From contig CAJTLT010000001.1 in assembly GCA_910577375.1 (NCBI GenBank), positions 291,426 through 355,425 of the forward strand: DNA of 64,000 nt, given 5' to 3'. The stretch's first letter is position 1, and every line of letters starts with the position of its first letter. Position numbers and translations under genes: made by a program. The notes beneath the pieces are model-generated. The model worked only from the letters and a program-made list of their open reading frames with translations. It did not search any database and was not told the DNA's origin. Positions 1-9,086 of the stretch are shown piece after piece. This stretch comes from an uncultured Christensenella sp. (GTDB taxonomy: Bacteria; Bacillota; Clostridia; Christensenellales; Borkfalkiaceae).

Positions 1-242
<242 letters not shown>

Positions 243-260
243 TTATTTAAACTCCTTTAA

Positions 261-545
261 TTATTCTACAATTGCCAAAATATCGCTTTGGCGGATTATT
301 GTGTATTCTTTGTCGTCAACTTTTACTTCAGTGCCGCTGTATTTTGCAAGAAGTACTTTATCGCCGACTTTAACTTGCATTTTTACTTCTTTTCCGTCAA
401 CAAGTCCGCCGGGACCTACGGCTACAACAAGACAGGTAGCAGGTTTTTCCTGAGATGCGGCGGTGAGATAAAGTCCGCTTTTTGTCTTTTCTTCCGCTTT
501 AAGGCTTTCCACGACGACTTTATCAAATAAAGGTTTTATTGTCAT
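261..545 (-). CDS. groS: Co-chaperonin GroES
   Basis: 94 aa: MTIKPLFDKVVVE...GDKVLLAKYSGTEVKVDDKEYTIIRQSDILAIVE. This is a typical Cpn10 sequence and length, directly upstream of groEL. Confidence 0.95.
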   Translation of the reverse strand: MTIKPLFDKVVVESLKAEEKTKSGLYLTAASQEKPATCLVVAVGPGGLVDGKEVKMQVKVGDKVLLAKYSGTEVKVDDKEYTIIRQSDILAIVE

Positions 546-665
546 TTTTTAATTCCTCCGAAACAGTTTGTTTTAATACAATAAAATTATAAACTCTATA
601 AAATAAAGTTAAACATTTCAAGGTAAAAAATTGCAATTTAATGAAAATTATGGTAAAATTTTATT

Positions 666-1121
666 ATGGATAAATGGGACAAAAGATTTATGGAAATGAC
701 CGAACAAATCGGTTCTTGGTCAAGCTGTTATCAGGAGAACAGACATGTGGGCGCGGTTATTGTAAAAAATAAAAGAATTATTGCAACAGGATACAACGGC
801 GCACCGCAAGGAATTAAAAGCTGCGTAGATAAAAAAGAATGTATGCGCAAAAAAATGAATATAGCCAGCGGCACTATGCACGAATTATGTTATGCCGTTC
901 ATGCCGAACAAAATGCAATTATTCAAGCGGCTCGCGTAGGGTGCAGTGTGGAAGGTTGCACGCTATATTGCACGCATCAGCCTTGTGTAATTTGCGCAAA
1001 AATTATAATAAATGCGGGCATTGCGCGTGTTGTTTATAAAGAAGGTTATCCTGACGATTTTTCTTTGCGGCTTTTTAAAGAGGCAAATGTAAAGCTTGAA
1101 AAATATGAGAATTTAACTTAA
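666..1121 (+). CDS. comEB: dCMP (deoxycytidylate) deaminase, ComEB-type
   Basis: 151 aa with zinc-deaminase motifs HAEQNAI and THQPCVICAKIIINAGI (H-A-E ... P-C-x2-C). The N-terminus W-x-x-x-FM matches ComEB/dCMP deaminases. Confidence 0.85.
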   Translation: MDKWDKRFMEMTEQIGSWSSCYQENRHVGAVIVKNKRIIATGYNGAPQGIKSCVDKKECMRKKMNIASGTMHELCYAVHAEQNAIIQAARVGCSVEGCTLYCTHQPCVICAKIIINAGIARVVYKEGYPDDFSLRLFKEANVKLEKYENLT

Positions 1122-1159
1122 TAAACAAACTAAATTTTTTTAATGGTAAAGGAGTAAAA

Positions 1160-1681
1160 ATGAATAATCCTATAGTTACAATAGAAATGCGGGAAGGTAA
1201 AAAAATAAAGCTTGAGCTTTATCCCGAAAAAGCGCCAAATACAGTGAATAATTTTATAAGTCTTATAAAAAACGGTTTTTATGATGGACTTATTTTTCAT
1301 AGAGTTATTAAAGGTTTTATGATTCAGGGCGGCGACCCCGAGGGTATAGGGACAGGCGGTCCTGGATATTCGATAATGGGTGAGTTTGTTTTGAACGGAT
1401 TTAAAACCAATGATATCAAGCACGAGCGAGGAATTATTTCTATGGCGCGCGCCATGAATCCCAATTCCGCCGGTTCACAGTTCTTCATTATGCATAAAAA
1501 CGCTTCGCATCTTGACGGTCAATATGCCGCTTTTGGAAAAGTTATAGAGGGTATAGATGTTGTAGATGAAATTGCCGAAGTAAAGACGGATTGGAACGAT
1601 AAACCAAAAACCGACCAGGTTATTGAAAAAGTAGCGGTTGAAACTTTTGGGAAAGAATACCCCGCGCCTCAAAAATATTGA
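1160..1681 (+). CDS. Peptidyl-prolyl cis-trans isomerase, cyclophilin type
   Basis: 173 aa with FHRVIKGFMIQGGDP and SAGSQFFI cyclophilin signatures. SD AAAGGAG lies 5 nt upstream. Confidence 0.9.
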   Translation: MNNPIVTIEMREGKKIKLELYPEKAPNTVNNFISLIKNGFYDGLIFHRVIKGFMIQGGDPEGIGTGGPGYSIMGEFVLNGFKTNDIKHERGIISMARAMNPNSAGSQFFIMHKNASHLDGQYAAFGKVIEGIDVVDEIAEVKTDWNDKPKTDQVIEKVAVETFGKEYPAPQKY

Positions 1682-1696
1682 TTTACGGAGATAGAA

Positions 1697-3130
1697 ATGG
1701 ATAACAGCGTATATCAAAATCCTTTAATTACGAGATATGCAAGCTCTGCAATGGCGGAAAATTTTTCCGATGAGAAAAGGTTTAAACTTTGGCGAAAATT
1801 ATGGATTGCGCTTGCCGAATCCGAAATGGAACTCGGTTTAAATATTACAAAAGCGCAAGTCGAAGAAATGAAGAAGTATTCCGAAAGTATAAACTTTGAG
1901 TTGGCGGAAAAGTATGAAAGAGAAGTACGTCATGACGTAATGGCTCATATTCACGCATTTGGAGACCAGGCAAAAAGCGCAATGCCTATAATTCACCTTG
2001 GCGCTACGAGTTGTTTTGTTGATTGTAATTCCGAACTCATGGTTATGTGGGATGCAATTGAAATAATAAAGGCAAAGCTTGTAAATGTTTTGGATAAGCT
2101 TTCTTCGTTTGCGCTGAAGTATAAAGATATGCCAGCGCTCGGATTTACACATTTACAGCCTGCACAGCTTACTACGGTTGGCAAACGCGCAACGTTGTGG
2201 TTACAGGATTTGACTATGGATTATCATAATCTTGTAAATCTGCAGAAATCTTTCAGATTGCGCGGAGTAAAAGGTACAACAGGCACACAGGCAAGCTTTA
2301 TGGAGCTTTTTAACGGGGATGAAAAGAAAGTTAAAGAGCTTGAACAGAAAGTTGTGGTAAAACTTGGGCATAATAAGGTCTATGGTGTAACCGGTCAGAC
2401 TTATCCCAGAAAATTTGATTATAACGTTTTGTGTGTGCTTTCACAAATTGCTCAAAGTGCATATAAATTTTCAAATGATATTCGTATTTTGCAGAATATG
2501 AAGGAAATTGAAGAACCGTTTGAAAAATCGCAAATCGGTTCCTCGGCTATGGCTTATAAGCGGAATCCTATGCGCAGCGAGAGAATAGGTTCTTTGGCTC
2601 GTTTTGTGATTTCTTTGCCGATGAATAGCGCTATTACGGCAGGAACTCAGTGGTTTGAAAGAACGCTTGACGATTCCGCAAACCGTCGTATTGTAAATGC
2701 CCAGGCCTTTCTTGCGCTTGACGGTATACTTAATATTTATCTGAACGTATCGGAAAATTTGGTTGTTTATGAAAAAGTAATAGCAAAGCACATTACTGCA
2801 GAGCTTCCGTTTATGGCTACAGAAAACATTATGATGGAATGTGTAAAAGCCGGCGGAAACAGACAGGATTTGCATGAAAGGATAAGGGTTTTATCCATGC
2901 AGGCAGGCAAGAATGTAAAAGAAAATGGTAAAGAAAATAATTTGATTGAGCTCATTAAATCCGATAAAACTTTTTCTGCCGTTCACGGAAGGATTGACGA
3001 AATCCTTGATGCTAAAAAATTTATAGGAAGAGCGCCTTCCCAAGTGGTGGAATTTATCAATGCGGAAGTTAAACCGATATTAGAAGAAAATGCTAATATT
3101 TTAGGACAAAAAGGTGACGTAAAAGTATAA
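1697..3130 (+). CDS. purB: Adenylosuccinate lyase
   Basis: 477 aa with the fumarate-lyase family signature GSSAMAYKRNPMRSE and a PurB-like N-terminus (YQNPLITRYAS..M). SD GGAG upstream. Confidence 0.95.
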   Translation: MDNSVYQNPLITRYASSAMAENFSDEKRFKLWRKLWIALAESEMELGLNITKAQVEEMKKYSESINFELAEKYEREVRHDVMAHIHAFGDQAKSAMPIIHLGATSCFVDCNSELMVMWDAIEIIKAKLVNVLDKLSSFALKYKDMPALGFTHLQPAQLTTVGKRATLWLQDLTMDYHNLVNLQKSFRLRGVKGTTGTQASFMELFNGDEKKVKELEQKVVVKLGHNKVYGVTGQTYPRKFDYNVLCVLSQIAQSAYKFSNDIRILQNMKEIEEPFEKSQIGSSAMAYKRNPMRSERIGSLARFVISLPMNSAITAGTQWFERTLDDSANRRIVNAQAFLALDGILNIYLNVSENLVVYEKVIAKHITAELPFMATENIMMECVKAGGNRQDLHERIRVLSMQAGKNVKENGKENNLIELIKSDKTFSAVHGRIDEILDAKKFIGRAPSQVVEFINAEVKPILEENANILGQKGDVKV

Positions 3131-3180
3131 ATAATATTTTTGCGTAGTACTATGCGTCGCATGATATTAAAATAAAAAAT

Positions 3181-3210
3181 AAAACCAATCCAAGAAAAAG
3201 GATTGGTTTT
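3181..3210. terminator. Bidirectional intrinsic terminator (purB / tRNA-Trp)
   Basis: aaaaccaatcc-aagaaaaa-ggattggtttt: an 11-bp stem flanked by an A-run on the left and a T-run on the right. Confidence 0.7.
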
Positions 3211-3284
3211 GGCAGGGGAGACACGATTCGAACATGCAACCGACGGTTTTGGAGACCGCGACTCTACCGTTGAGCTACTCCCCT
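3210..3284 (-). tRNA. tRNA-Trp (anticodon CCA)
   Basis: Reverse complement AGGGGAGTAGCTCAACGGTAGAGTCGCGGTCTCCAAAACCGTCGGTTGCATGTTCGAATCGTGTCTCCCCTGCCA folds as a cloverleaf. It has a 7-bp acceptor stem, anticodon loop CTCCAAA, T-loop TTCGAAT and an encoded CCA. Confidence 0.9.
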
Positions 3285-3296
3285 ATGACGGATTAG

Positions 3297-3325
3297 ATTA
3301 TATAATACCTTAAAGTTTTAGTCAA
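3297..3325 (-). promoter_or_regulatory. SigA-type promoter for tRNA-Trp
   Basis: The minus strand reads TTGACT-17 nt-TATAAT, with the -10 ending about 12 nt before the tRNA 5' end. Confidence 0.55.
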
Positions 3326-3344
3326 CTGTTTTCGGAGGAATTTT

Positions 3345-4148
3345 ATGAAAAAACAGTTTAAACTCGGCGTAATCGGGTGCGGACAAAACGCAATTTCAGT
3401 ATTGCGCGGAGTTGTTTTATCAGATTTTATACGTGAGAAAAAAATTATTGTCAGTGATAAAAATGAAGAAATACTTGACGGTATCGGTTATCTCGGCGTG
3501 CGTACAACATTCGACAATAAATTCGTTGCGGAAAATAGTGAATATTTACTTTTTGCGTTGAATCAAAAAGATTTTTTCGGAATAGCAAAAGACTTGGAAG
3601 GTGTACGCCCTGAAAAGGTTATTTCCGTTATGAGCGGAATTACAAAAAGTGAAATTAAGAACTCTCTTGGTATTGGTTTTATTAAAGTTGCGCGTTGTGT
3701 AATGGATTTGCCTTGTTCTATCGGCAGCGGTGTGGTGGCTATTGATATGCACGATTTTAACAAGTCTACCGACGATACGGATTTTATAAGTAATATTTTC
3801 GGATATTTGGGTTCTGTAATTAGTGTTGAAGAAAATAAATTAAACGCTGTTTCTGGTATTTGCGGTAATTCTGTGTACGGATTAATGTTAATTGATGGTT
3901 TGATTTCTGCGGGAATCAAATACGGATTAACCAAAAATGAGGCAAAAATGGTCGCGGTTCAATCGCTTTTGGGTACGGCTGAGCTTGTTCAGCGTGAGGA
4001 AAATACCGTTGACGAACTTGTAATTCAGGCATGTAATCAAGAAAAGTTTGCAATAAATGCAGTAAAAAGTTTACAGGATAATAGCTTTTCCAAAATAATT
4101 TCAAATGCTGTTGATGCGTGTTCTGCGCAAGCGGTCGGGCGTAAATAA
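3345..4148 (+). CDS. Pyrroline-5-carboxylate reductase-like protein (divergent, ComER/ProC family)
   Basis: 267 aa with an N-terminal Rossmann-like KLGVIGCGQNA. Length and overall layout match P5CR, but the conserved C-terminal signature looks degenerate (see findings). SD GGAGG upstream. Confidence 0.6.
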   Translation: MKKQFKLGVIGCGQNAISVLRGVVLSDFIREKKIIVSDKNEEILDGIGYLGVRTTFDNKFVAENSEYLLFALNQKDFFGIAKDLEGVRPEKVISVMSGITKSEIKNSLGIGFIKVARCVMDLPCSIGSGVVAIDMHDFNKSTDDTDFISNIFGYLGSVISVEENKLNAVSGICGNSVYGLMLIDGLISAGIKYGLTKNEAKMVAVQSLLGTAELVQREENTVDELVIQACNQEKFAINAVKSLQDNSFSKIISNAVDACSAQAVGRK

Positions 4149-4594
4149 TGAAAAAAGTAATTTTATATACTGATGGAGCGTGTTCGGTAAACCCTGGTGT
4201 AGGCGGTTGGGGCGCTGTTTTAATGTTTAATGGTTTTGAAAAGCGCATTTCAGGTGCAGAGCCTGATACTACCAATAACAGAATGGAGTTAACGGCTGTA
4301 ATTGAGGGGCTGAAAAGTCTAAAAGAACCTTGTGAGGTGCAGGTTTATAGTGATTCCGCTTATGTGGTCAACGCATTCAGGAACGGTTGGATATATTCTT
4401 GGGAAGAATCAAAATTTAAAAAATCAGATAATAAAGCAGTTTTAAATTCTGATTTATGGCGGCAGCTCTTATCGCTTACAAGACAGCACAAAGTAGAATT
4501 TATAAAGGTAAAAGGGCACGCGGATAACGTATATAATAATTTGTGTGATAAGCTTGCTACCGAAGCGGTTAAAAATTTTAAAAGCGGATTATAA
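4148..4594 (+). CDS. rnhA: Ribonuclease HI
   Basis: 148 aa: ILYTDGACSVNPGVGGWGAVL...TNNRMELTAVIEGL...VYSDSAYVVN...KGHADNVYNNLCDKLA (DEDD catalytic core layout). Its start overlaps the upstream stop (TAATG). Confidence 0.9.
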   Translation: MKKVILYTDGACSVNPGVGGWGAVLMFNGFEKRISGAEPDTTNNRMELTAVIEGLKSLKEPCEVQVYSDSAYVVNAFRNGWIYSWEESKFKKSDNKAVLNSDLWRQLLSLTRQHKVEFIKVKGHADNVYNNLCDKLATEAVKNFKSGL

Positions 4595-4627
4595 AAATAA
4601 TAAAATTACTATATAATAATAGTAATA

Positions 4628-5536
4628 ATGAACCGCATCGACATAATCAAACATATAATAAATAATCTGGCGGTTGTGCTTATGAGTGCAATCGCTTTTC
4701 TTTTTATTGCATACGGGCTTGCATATAAAAGCATAAGTTTTATTGAGTTCAATTTCAATATTCTTTTTGCTGTTGCGGGTGTCGGCTTTACGGCTATAAT
4801 GGTAGCGGGGATTATTTTTTATGCGTTCGGATTCAAATCGGTATATAGATTAATTGTCTGTTTCCTTATTTTTTTTGATATTTCTGCGGTTGTTTTTTTT
4901 GTTCTGTGTGCAACGGGTCTTATAACCAAAATTAACAGTGTAGACGCTTTGCGGGATTATATAAGTCAAACAGGGGCTTGGGCTGCCGTAATTTATATTA
5001 TTTTCAGTTTTTTACAGGTTGTTTTATTGCCTGTGCCCGGTTCGGTTGCCGTAGCTGTAGGCGTGGCTATGTTTGGTCCGTTAATGTGTGCAATTTATAG
5101 CTTTATAGGTATTGTAACCGGTTCAATAGTTGCGTTCGTAATAGGTCGTTGGATTGGCTATAAAGCGGTTTGCTGGATTGTCGGTAAAGAAAGTCTTGAT
5201 AAATGGCTGAAAAAGCTTAAAGGAAAAGACTATCTTATTTTATCTCTTATGTTTCTTTTGCCGCTTTTCCCAGACGATATTTTGTGCTTTGTTGCAGGAT
5301 TGTCTTCGACGACATGGGGATTTTTCCTTGTAATGATAACTGTTACCCGCGCAATTTCAATATTTTCTACGGCGTATTCGTTTGAATTGATACCTTTTAC
5401 AACGTGGTGGGGTATATTGATTTGGGGTGTATTGCTTGCGCTCGTTGTGTTGGCATTCTATCTGATTTGCAGATATTATGAAAAAATTGATAATTTTTTA
5501 AAAACTAAATTTAAAATTCTGAAAAAAAAGAGATGA
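4628..5536 (+). CDS. TVP38/TMEM64 (DedA-related) family membrane protein
   Basis: 302 aa, polytopic and hydrophobic. The core LLPVPGSVAVAVGVAMFG ... LLPLFPDDILCFVAGLS is typical of the SNARE-associated/TVP38 family. Confidence 0.7.
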   Translation: MNRIDIIKHIINNLAVVLMSAIAFLFIAYGLAYKSISFIEFNFNILFAVAGVGFTAIMVAGIIFYAFGFKSVYRLIVCFLIFFDISAVVFFVLCATGLITKINSVDALRDYISQTGAWAAVIYIIFSFLQVVLLPVPGSVAVAVGVAMFGPLMCAIYSFIGIVTGSIVAFVIGRWIGYKAVCWIVGKESLDKWLKKLKGKDYLILSLMFLLPLFPDDILCFVAGLSSTTWGFFLVMITVTRAISIFSTAYSFELIPFTTWWGILIWGVLLALVVLAFYLICRYYEKIDNFLKTKFKILKKKR

Positions 5537-5599
5537 CATCAAGTCGTCTTTTTTGTTTGTAATTTTTAGAAAGTTTGATAAATTATTATCGATTTTTTG

Positions 5600-5628
5600 T
5601 TGGCAATTGATTTTTATTATGATAAAAT
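5600..5628 (+). promoter_or_regulatory. Candidate SigA promoter of the decarboxylase operon
   Basis: TTGGCA-17 nt-TAAAAT, about 35 nt upstream of the 5663 start. Confidence 0.4.
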
Positions 5629-5662
5629 ATATTTGTAGAAAGTTGGCATTCAGGAGAATTAT

Positions 5663-7039
5663 ATGGATAAAATAAGCTTATTGCAAAAACGCAAAAAGCA
5701 AATTTTGGACGCAGGAAAGGGAATAAGGGAAGAAATAAATTCGCTTATAGATGCGGACAGCTTTGTTGAGCTTTCTTGTTTCAGTTTTTCTAAAAACGAA
5801 TTTTACGGTGAAAACGCAGAAGGCGAGGGGGTAGTTACCGGTTTTGCAACCATTAATGACTATCCTTTCTATATTGTAGCACAAAATGCTGCGGTGCTTT
5901 CCGGCGGTGTTAGCAAAGCTAACTGTGAAAAGATAGCAAAATGCTTAAATCAGGCTGAAAAAACTTCAACTCCGATAATTTGGTTGTTGTCATCGCTTGG
6001 CGTTCAACTTGGCGAAGGCGTGAGCGTTCTTGAAGGGCTTGCTTCGCTTATTTTAAAAGCTTCCCAAATGAAAGGAACAATTCCGCAGTATTTGATAGTA
6101 AACGGTGAAGTTTACGGTCAGATTTCACTACTTGCGGGTATTTGTGATTTTACTTATTTAATTGATAAAAAGAGCGCGCTTTGTGTAAATAGTCCGCTTG
6201 TTCTTTCTGCAAAAGACGGTAAAAATCTTTCAAAATTTGTGGTTGGCGGTGCAGACGGCTTAAAAGGCGCACAGCTTTCAAGTTTTACTGTTAAAGATAT
6301 TGCCGAAGTTAAAAAGTCAATTGTTGCAATAAACGAACTTATTTCTATTCCGGTAATTGATAGCGAAGAAATGAATGAAAGCTTGCCCGCTCTTGATAAA
6401 AAAGCTGACGGTAAAGGTATTATATCTGTTTTTGATAAGGATAGCGCTATTGAACTCGGCGCATCTTATTGCCCTGAAACAAAGTGTTTTCTTGCAAGAG
6501 TTGGCGGTATTGCTGTTGCTTGCGTTGTCTTTGACGAGGCAAACGGCGTAGAGCTTACTGCGGAAAATGTAAGAAAGATAAAGGACTTTGCGGAATTTGC
6601 TTGTTGCTTCGGTTTGCCGTATGTTACATTTGTAAATACTCTCGGCGTAAAATGTGACCTCGCTACTAATAATAGTCTCGTTATTAAAGAAATCGGAGAA
6701 TATATTTCCGTTCTCGATTGTATTGACGCGGCAAAAATATCTATAGTATATGGTAAGGCAGTCGGTCTTGGATACACTGTTTTTGCGGCTAAATCTATGG
6801 GATATGATTACAGTTATGCATTTGCTAACGCTAAAATTGCGCTGTTTGACAGTGTTCAGGGGGCAGAAATAGAATATGCAAGCGATAAAAAAGTTGACGG
6901 TGTCAAACTTCAACAAAAATATGCCGATGAAAATTCTGACCCTATTAATGCTGCTCAGGGTGGGTATATCGATAACATAATTCAGCCTTCGTTTGTAAAA
7001 CAATATCTTACGGCTTCGTTGCAGATGCTTTTGAAGTGA
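5663..7039 (+). CDS. Acyl-CoA carboxyltransferase-like subunit (12S / MmdA / GcdA family, short and divergent)
   Basis: 458 aa with two crotonase-like halves. The layout matches carboxyltransferases (VVTGFATINDYPFYIVAQN..., GLPYVTFVNTLGV..., ISIVYGKAVGLGY). SD AGGAG upstream. Confidence 0.7.
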   Translation: MDKISLLQKRKKQILDAGKGIREEINSLIDADSFVELSCFSFSKNEFYGENAEGEGVVTGFATINDYPFYIVAQNAAVLSGGVSKANCEKIAKCLNQAEKTSTPIIWLLSSLGVQLGEGVSVLEGLASLILKASQMKGTIPQYLIVNGEVYGQISLLAGICDFTYLIDKKSALCVNSPLVLSAKDGKNLSKFVVGGADGLKGAQLSSFTVKDIAEVKKSIVAINELISIPVIDSEEMNESLPALDKKADGKGIISVFDKDSAIELGASYCPETKCFLARVGGIAVACVVFDEANGVELTAENVRKIKDFAEFACCFGLPYVTFVNTLGVKCDLATNNSLVIKEIGEYISVLDCIDAAKISIVYGKAVGLGYTVFAAKSMGYDYSYAFANAKIALFDSVQGAEIEYASDKKVDGVKLQQKYADENSDPINAAQGGYIDNIIQPSFVKQYLTASLQMLLK

Positions 7040-7046
7040 GGAAAGT

Positions 7047-7448
7047 ATGGCGCATAAATTACTTGATTTTATAGCGGGAAGCGACGGGAACTGGTATTTT
7101 GAAAATCGTTTCTCGGAGGGCGCGATATACGCGCTCATCGGATTTGCAATTGTTTTTGTTGGGATAGCGCTTATTATTTTAATTATTTGGCTAGAAGGCT
7201 TGCTTATGCGCAAAACCAATAATCTTGCGTTTATGGGAGCTTTCGGAAGAAAAATAAAGACTGTATTTTCAAAATTATTTAAGCGTAAAAAGAAATTATC
7301 GGAAGAACCTTTGTCGCAAACGGAAAATTTAGCGGAAGAGGATATTTCTGACGAGGCTAAAGCGGCGATAATTGCCGCAATAATGGCTTATTACAGCGAA
7401 GAATCGCCCAAGTGCGAGTTTAAAGTTAAGAAAATCAAGAGAATTTAA
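7047..7448 (+). CDS. OadG/MmdD-like small membrane subunit of Na+-translocating decarboxylase
   Basis: 133 aa with a single TM (IYALIGFAIVFVGIALIILIIWL). The C-terminal EAKAAIIAAIMAYY...FKVKKIKRI tail is typical of gamma/delta anchor subunits. Its position lies between the carboxyltransferase and the biotin carrier. Confidence 0.6.
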   Translation: MAHKLLDFIAGSDGNWYFENRFSEGAIYALIGFAIVFVGIALIILIIWLEGLLMRKTNNLAFMGAFGRKIKTVFSKLFKRKKKLSEEPLSQTENLAEEDISDEAKAAIIAAIMAYYSEESPKCEFKVKKIKRI

Positions 7449-7460
7449 GGAGTTTAAAAT

Positions 7461-7814
7461 ATGCGTAATTTTGTTGTGACTATCGATGGGAAGAGTTATT
7501 CGGTAGGAGTTGAAGAGGTCGGCGATAATTCTGAAAGCGTTTCTATTGCGCCTAAAACTATTGAAGCGCCTAAACCGGCACAAAAGGCAGCAGTTTCTGC
7601 AAACGGAGAAAAAGTCTTGTCGCCTTTCCCCGGACTTATTAAAAATATTCTTGTGGCAGACGGCGCAACGGTTAAAAAGGACCAGCCCGTTATGGTTTTG
7701 GAAGCAATGAAAATGGATAATGAAATCACTGCTCCTTGCGACGGGAAAATTACTATAAATGTTGTAAAAGGCGCAAACGTTGAAACGAATGCAGTTCTTG
7801 CGGTAATAGGCTGA
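7461..7814 (+). CDS. Biotin carboxyl carrier protein (biotinyl domain, 1.3S/OadD/MmdC-like)
   Basis: 117 aa with the biotinylation motif VLEAMKMDNEI and an Ala/Pro-rich linker. Confidence 0.85.
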   Translation: MRNFVVTIDGKSYSVGVEEVGDNSESVSIAPKTIEAPKPAQKAAVSANGEKVLSPFPGLIKNILVADGATVKKDQPVMVLEAMKMDNEITAPCDGKITINVVKGANVETNAVLAVIG

Positions 7815-7825
7815 ACGGAGGAGAT

Positions 7826-9070
7826 ATGTTGCAAAGTTTACTTGCAGTAGACTTCGGCAGTATTTTCGGTAATCTGTACGAATCGATGGGTTTTGTTCAG
7901 GGGAACTGGCAAAATTATGTTATGCTTTTGATTTCGTTCGTGCTGATGTATCTTGCCGTAGTGAAGAAATTTGAGCCGATGTTGCTCCTTCCGATTGCTT
8001 TCGGTATGTTTTTAATCAACATACCGGGCGCGGAAAAGGTGCTTTGGGGCACTTATCCCGAAGGACAGAATTCATATGACAGCGTTGAAAACAGAGGTCT
8101 TTTGTGGTATCTGTATTTCGGTGTAGATAAAGTTATTTATCCGCCGCTTATTTTTCTTGGAATAGGGGCAATGACGGATTTTGGCCCATTGATTGCAAAT
8201 CCCAAGAGTATGTTAATAGGCGCGGGCGCACAGCTTGGAATATTTGTTGCATTTTTCCTTGCTGGAGCGTTGGGTTTTTCGGTTGCGGCTGCCGCGGCAA
8301 TAGCTATTATCGGCGGTGCCGACGGACCGACGGCAATTCTTGTAACATCGCGGCTTGCTTCCGATTATGTTCCGACAATAGCTATAGCGGCTTACTCATA
8401 TATGGCGCTTATACCTATAATACAAAAACCTTTAATGCGGCTTTTGACAACAAAAAAAGAGAGGGCTATAAGAATGAAACCTCTCCGGCAGGTCAGCAAA
8501 CTTGAAAAAATACTGTTTCCCATAATAGTTACGCTTGTTGTCGGTATAATTCTTCCGGACAGTATAGCACTTTTGGGAATGTTGATGCTCGGAAATTTAT
8601 TTAAAGAATCGGGCGTTGTTGACAGACTTTCCACGCAAGCGCAAAACGGGCTTATGAACACAATTACGATTTTCCTCGGAATTGCTGTTGGAAGCAAAGC
8701 GAAAGGTGAAATCTTTTTAAGTGTTGCAACTTTGGAAATTATAGCAATCGGCTTGTTTGCGTTTGTAATCGGAACAATAGGCGGTTTGCTTGTTGCCAAA
8801 GTAATGTGTAAAGTAACCAAAGGGCAGATAAATCCGTTAATAGGTTCTGCGGGGGTTTCCGCTGTGCCGATGGCGGCTCGTATTTCAGAAGATGTAGGGC
8901 GGGAATATGACCCGCAAAATCATCTTTTAATGCATGCAATGGGCCCTAATGTTGCCGGCGTAATAGGTTCGGCTATTGCCGCTGGTGTTTTGTTGGCCTG
9001 TTTCGGCGGATACGTTGACGGTACTGCAGGCGAAGCTGTAATAAATTCTGTTATGTCGTTTATGGCATAA
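7826..9070 (+). CDS. Na+-translocating decarboxylase beta subunit (OadB/MmdB/GcdB family)
   Basis: 414 aa polytopic protein with FEPMLLLPIAFGMFLINIPGA, IIGGADGPTAI and GSAGVSAVPMAARI, all typical of the beta pump subunit. Confidence 0.9.
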   Translation: MLQSLLAVDFGSIFGNLYESMGFVQGNWQNYVMLLISFVLMYLAVVKKFEPMLLLPIAFGMFLINIPGAEKVLWGTYPEGQNSYDSVENRGLLWYLYFGVDKVIYPPLIFLGIGAMTDFGPLIANPKSMLIGAGAQLGIFVAFFLAGALGFSVAAAAAIAIIGGADGPTAILVTSRLASDYVPTIAIAAYSYMALIPIIQKPLMRLLTTKKERAIRMKPLRQVSKLEKILFPIIVTLVVGIILPDSIALLGMLMLGNLFKESGVVDRLSTQAQNGLMNTITIFLGIAVGSKAKGEIFLSVATLEIIAIGLFAFVIGTIGGLLVAKVMCKVTKGQINPLIGSAGVSAVPMAARISEDVGREYDPQNHLLMHAMGPNVAGVIGSAIAAGVLLACFGGYVDGTAGEAVINSVMSFMA

Positions 9071-9086
9071 TTGAGGTGACTTCAAT

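Noticed and set aside
546-665. Looked for a CIRCE element (TTAGCACTC-N9-GAGTGCTAA) upstream of groES, and for CtsR/CIRCE boxes upstream of htpG
   Set aside because: No match, even a degenerate one, in the 120-bp groES-comEB intergenic region or at 15608-15669. Absence within one window is not enough to claim unusual heat-shock regulation.
6317-7219. 300-aa ORF on the - strand
   Set aside because: It lies entirely antisense to the carboxyltransferase and OadG-like genes. The translation is Ile/Asn/Lys/Phe-rich, as expected from an AT-rich shadow frame, and there is no SD.
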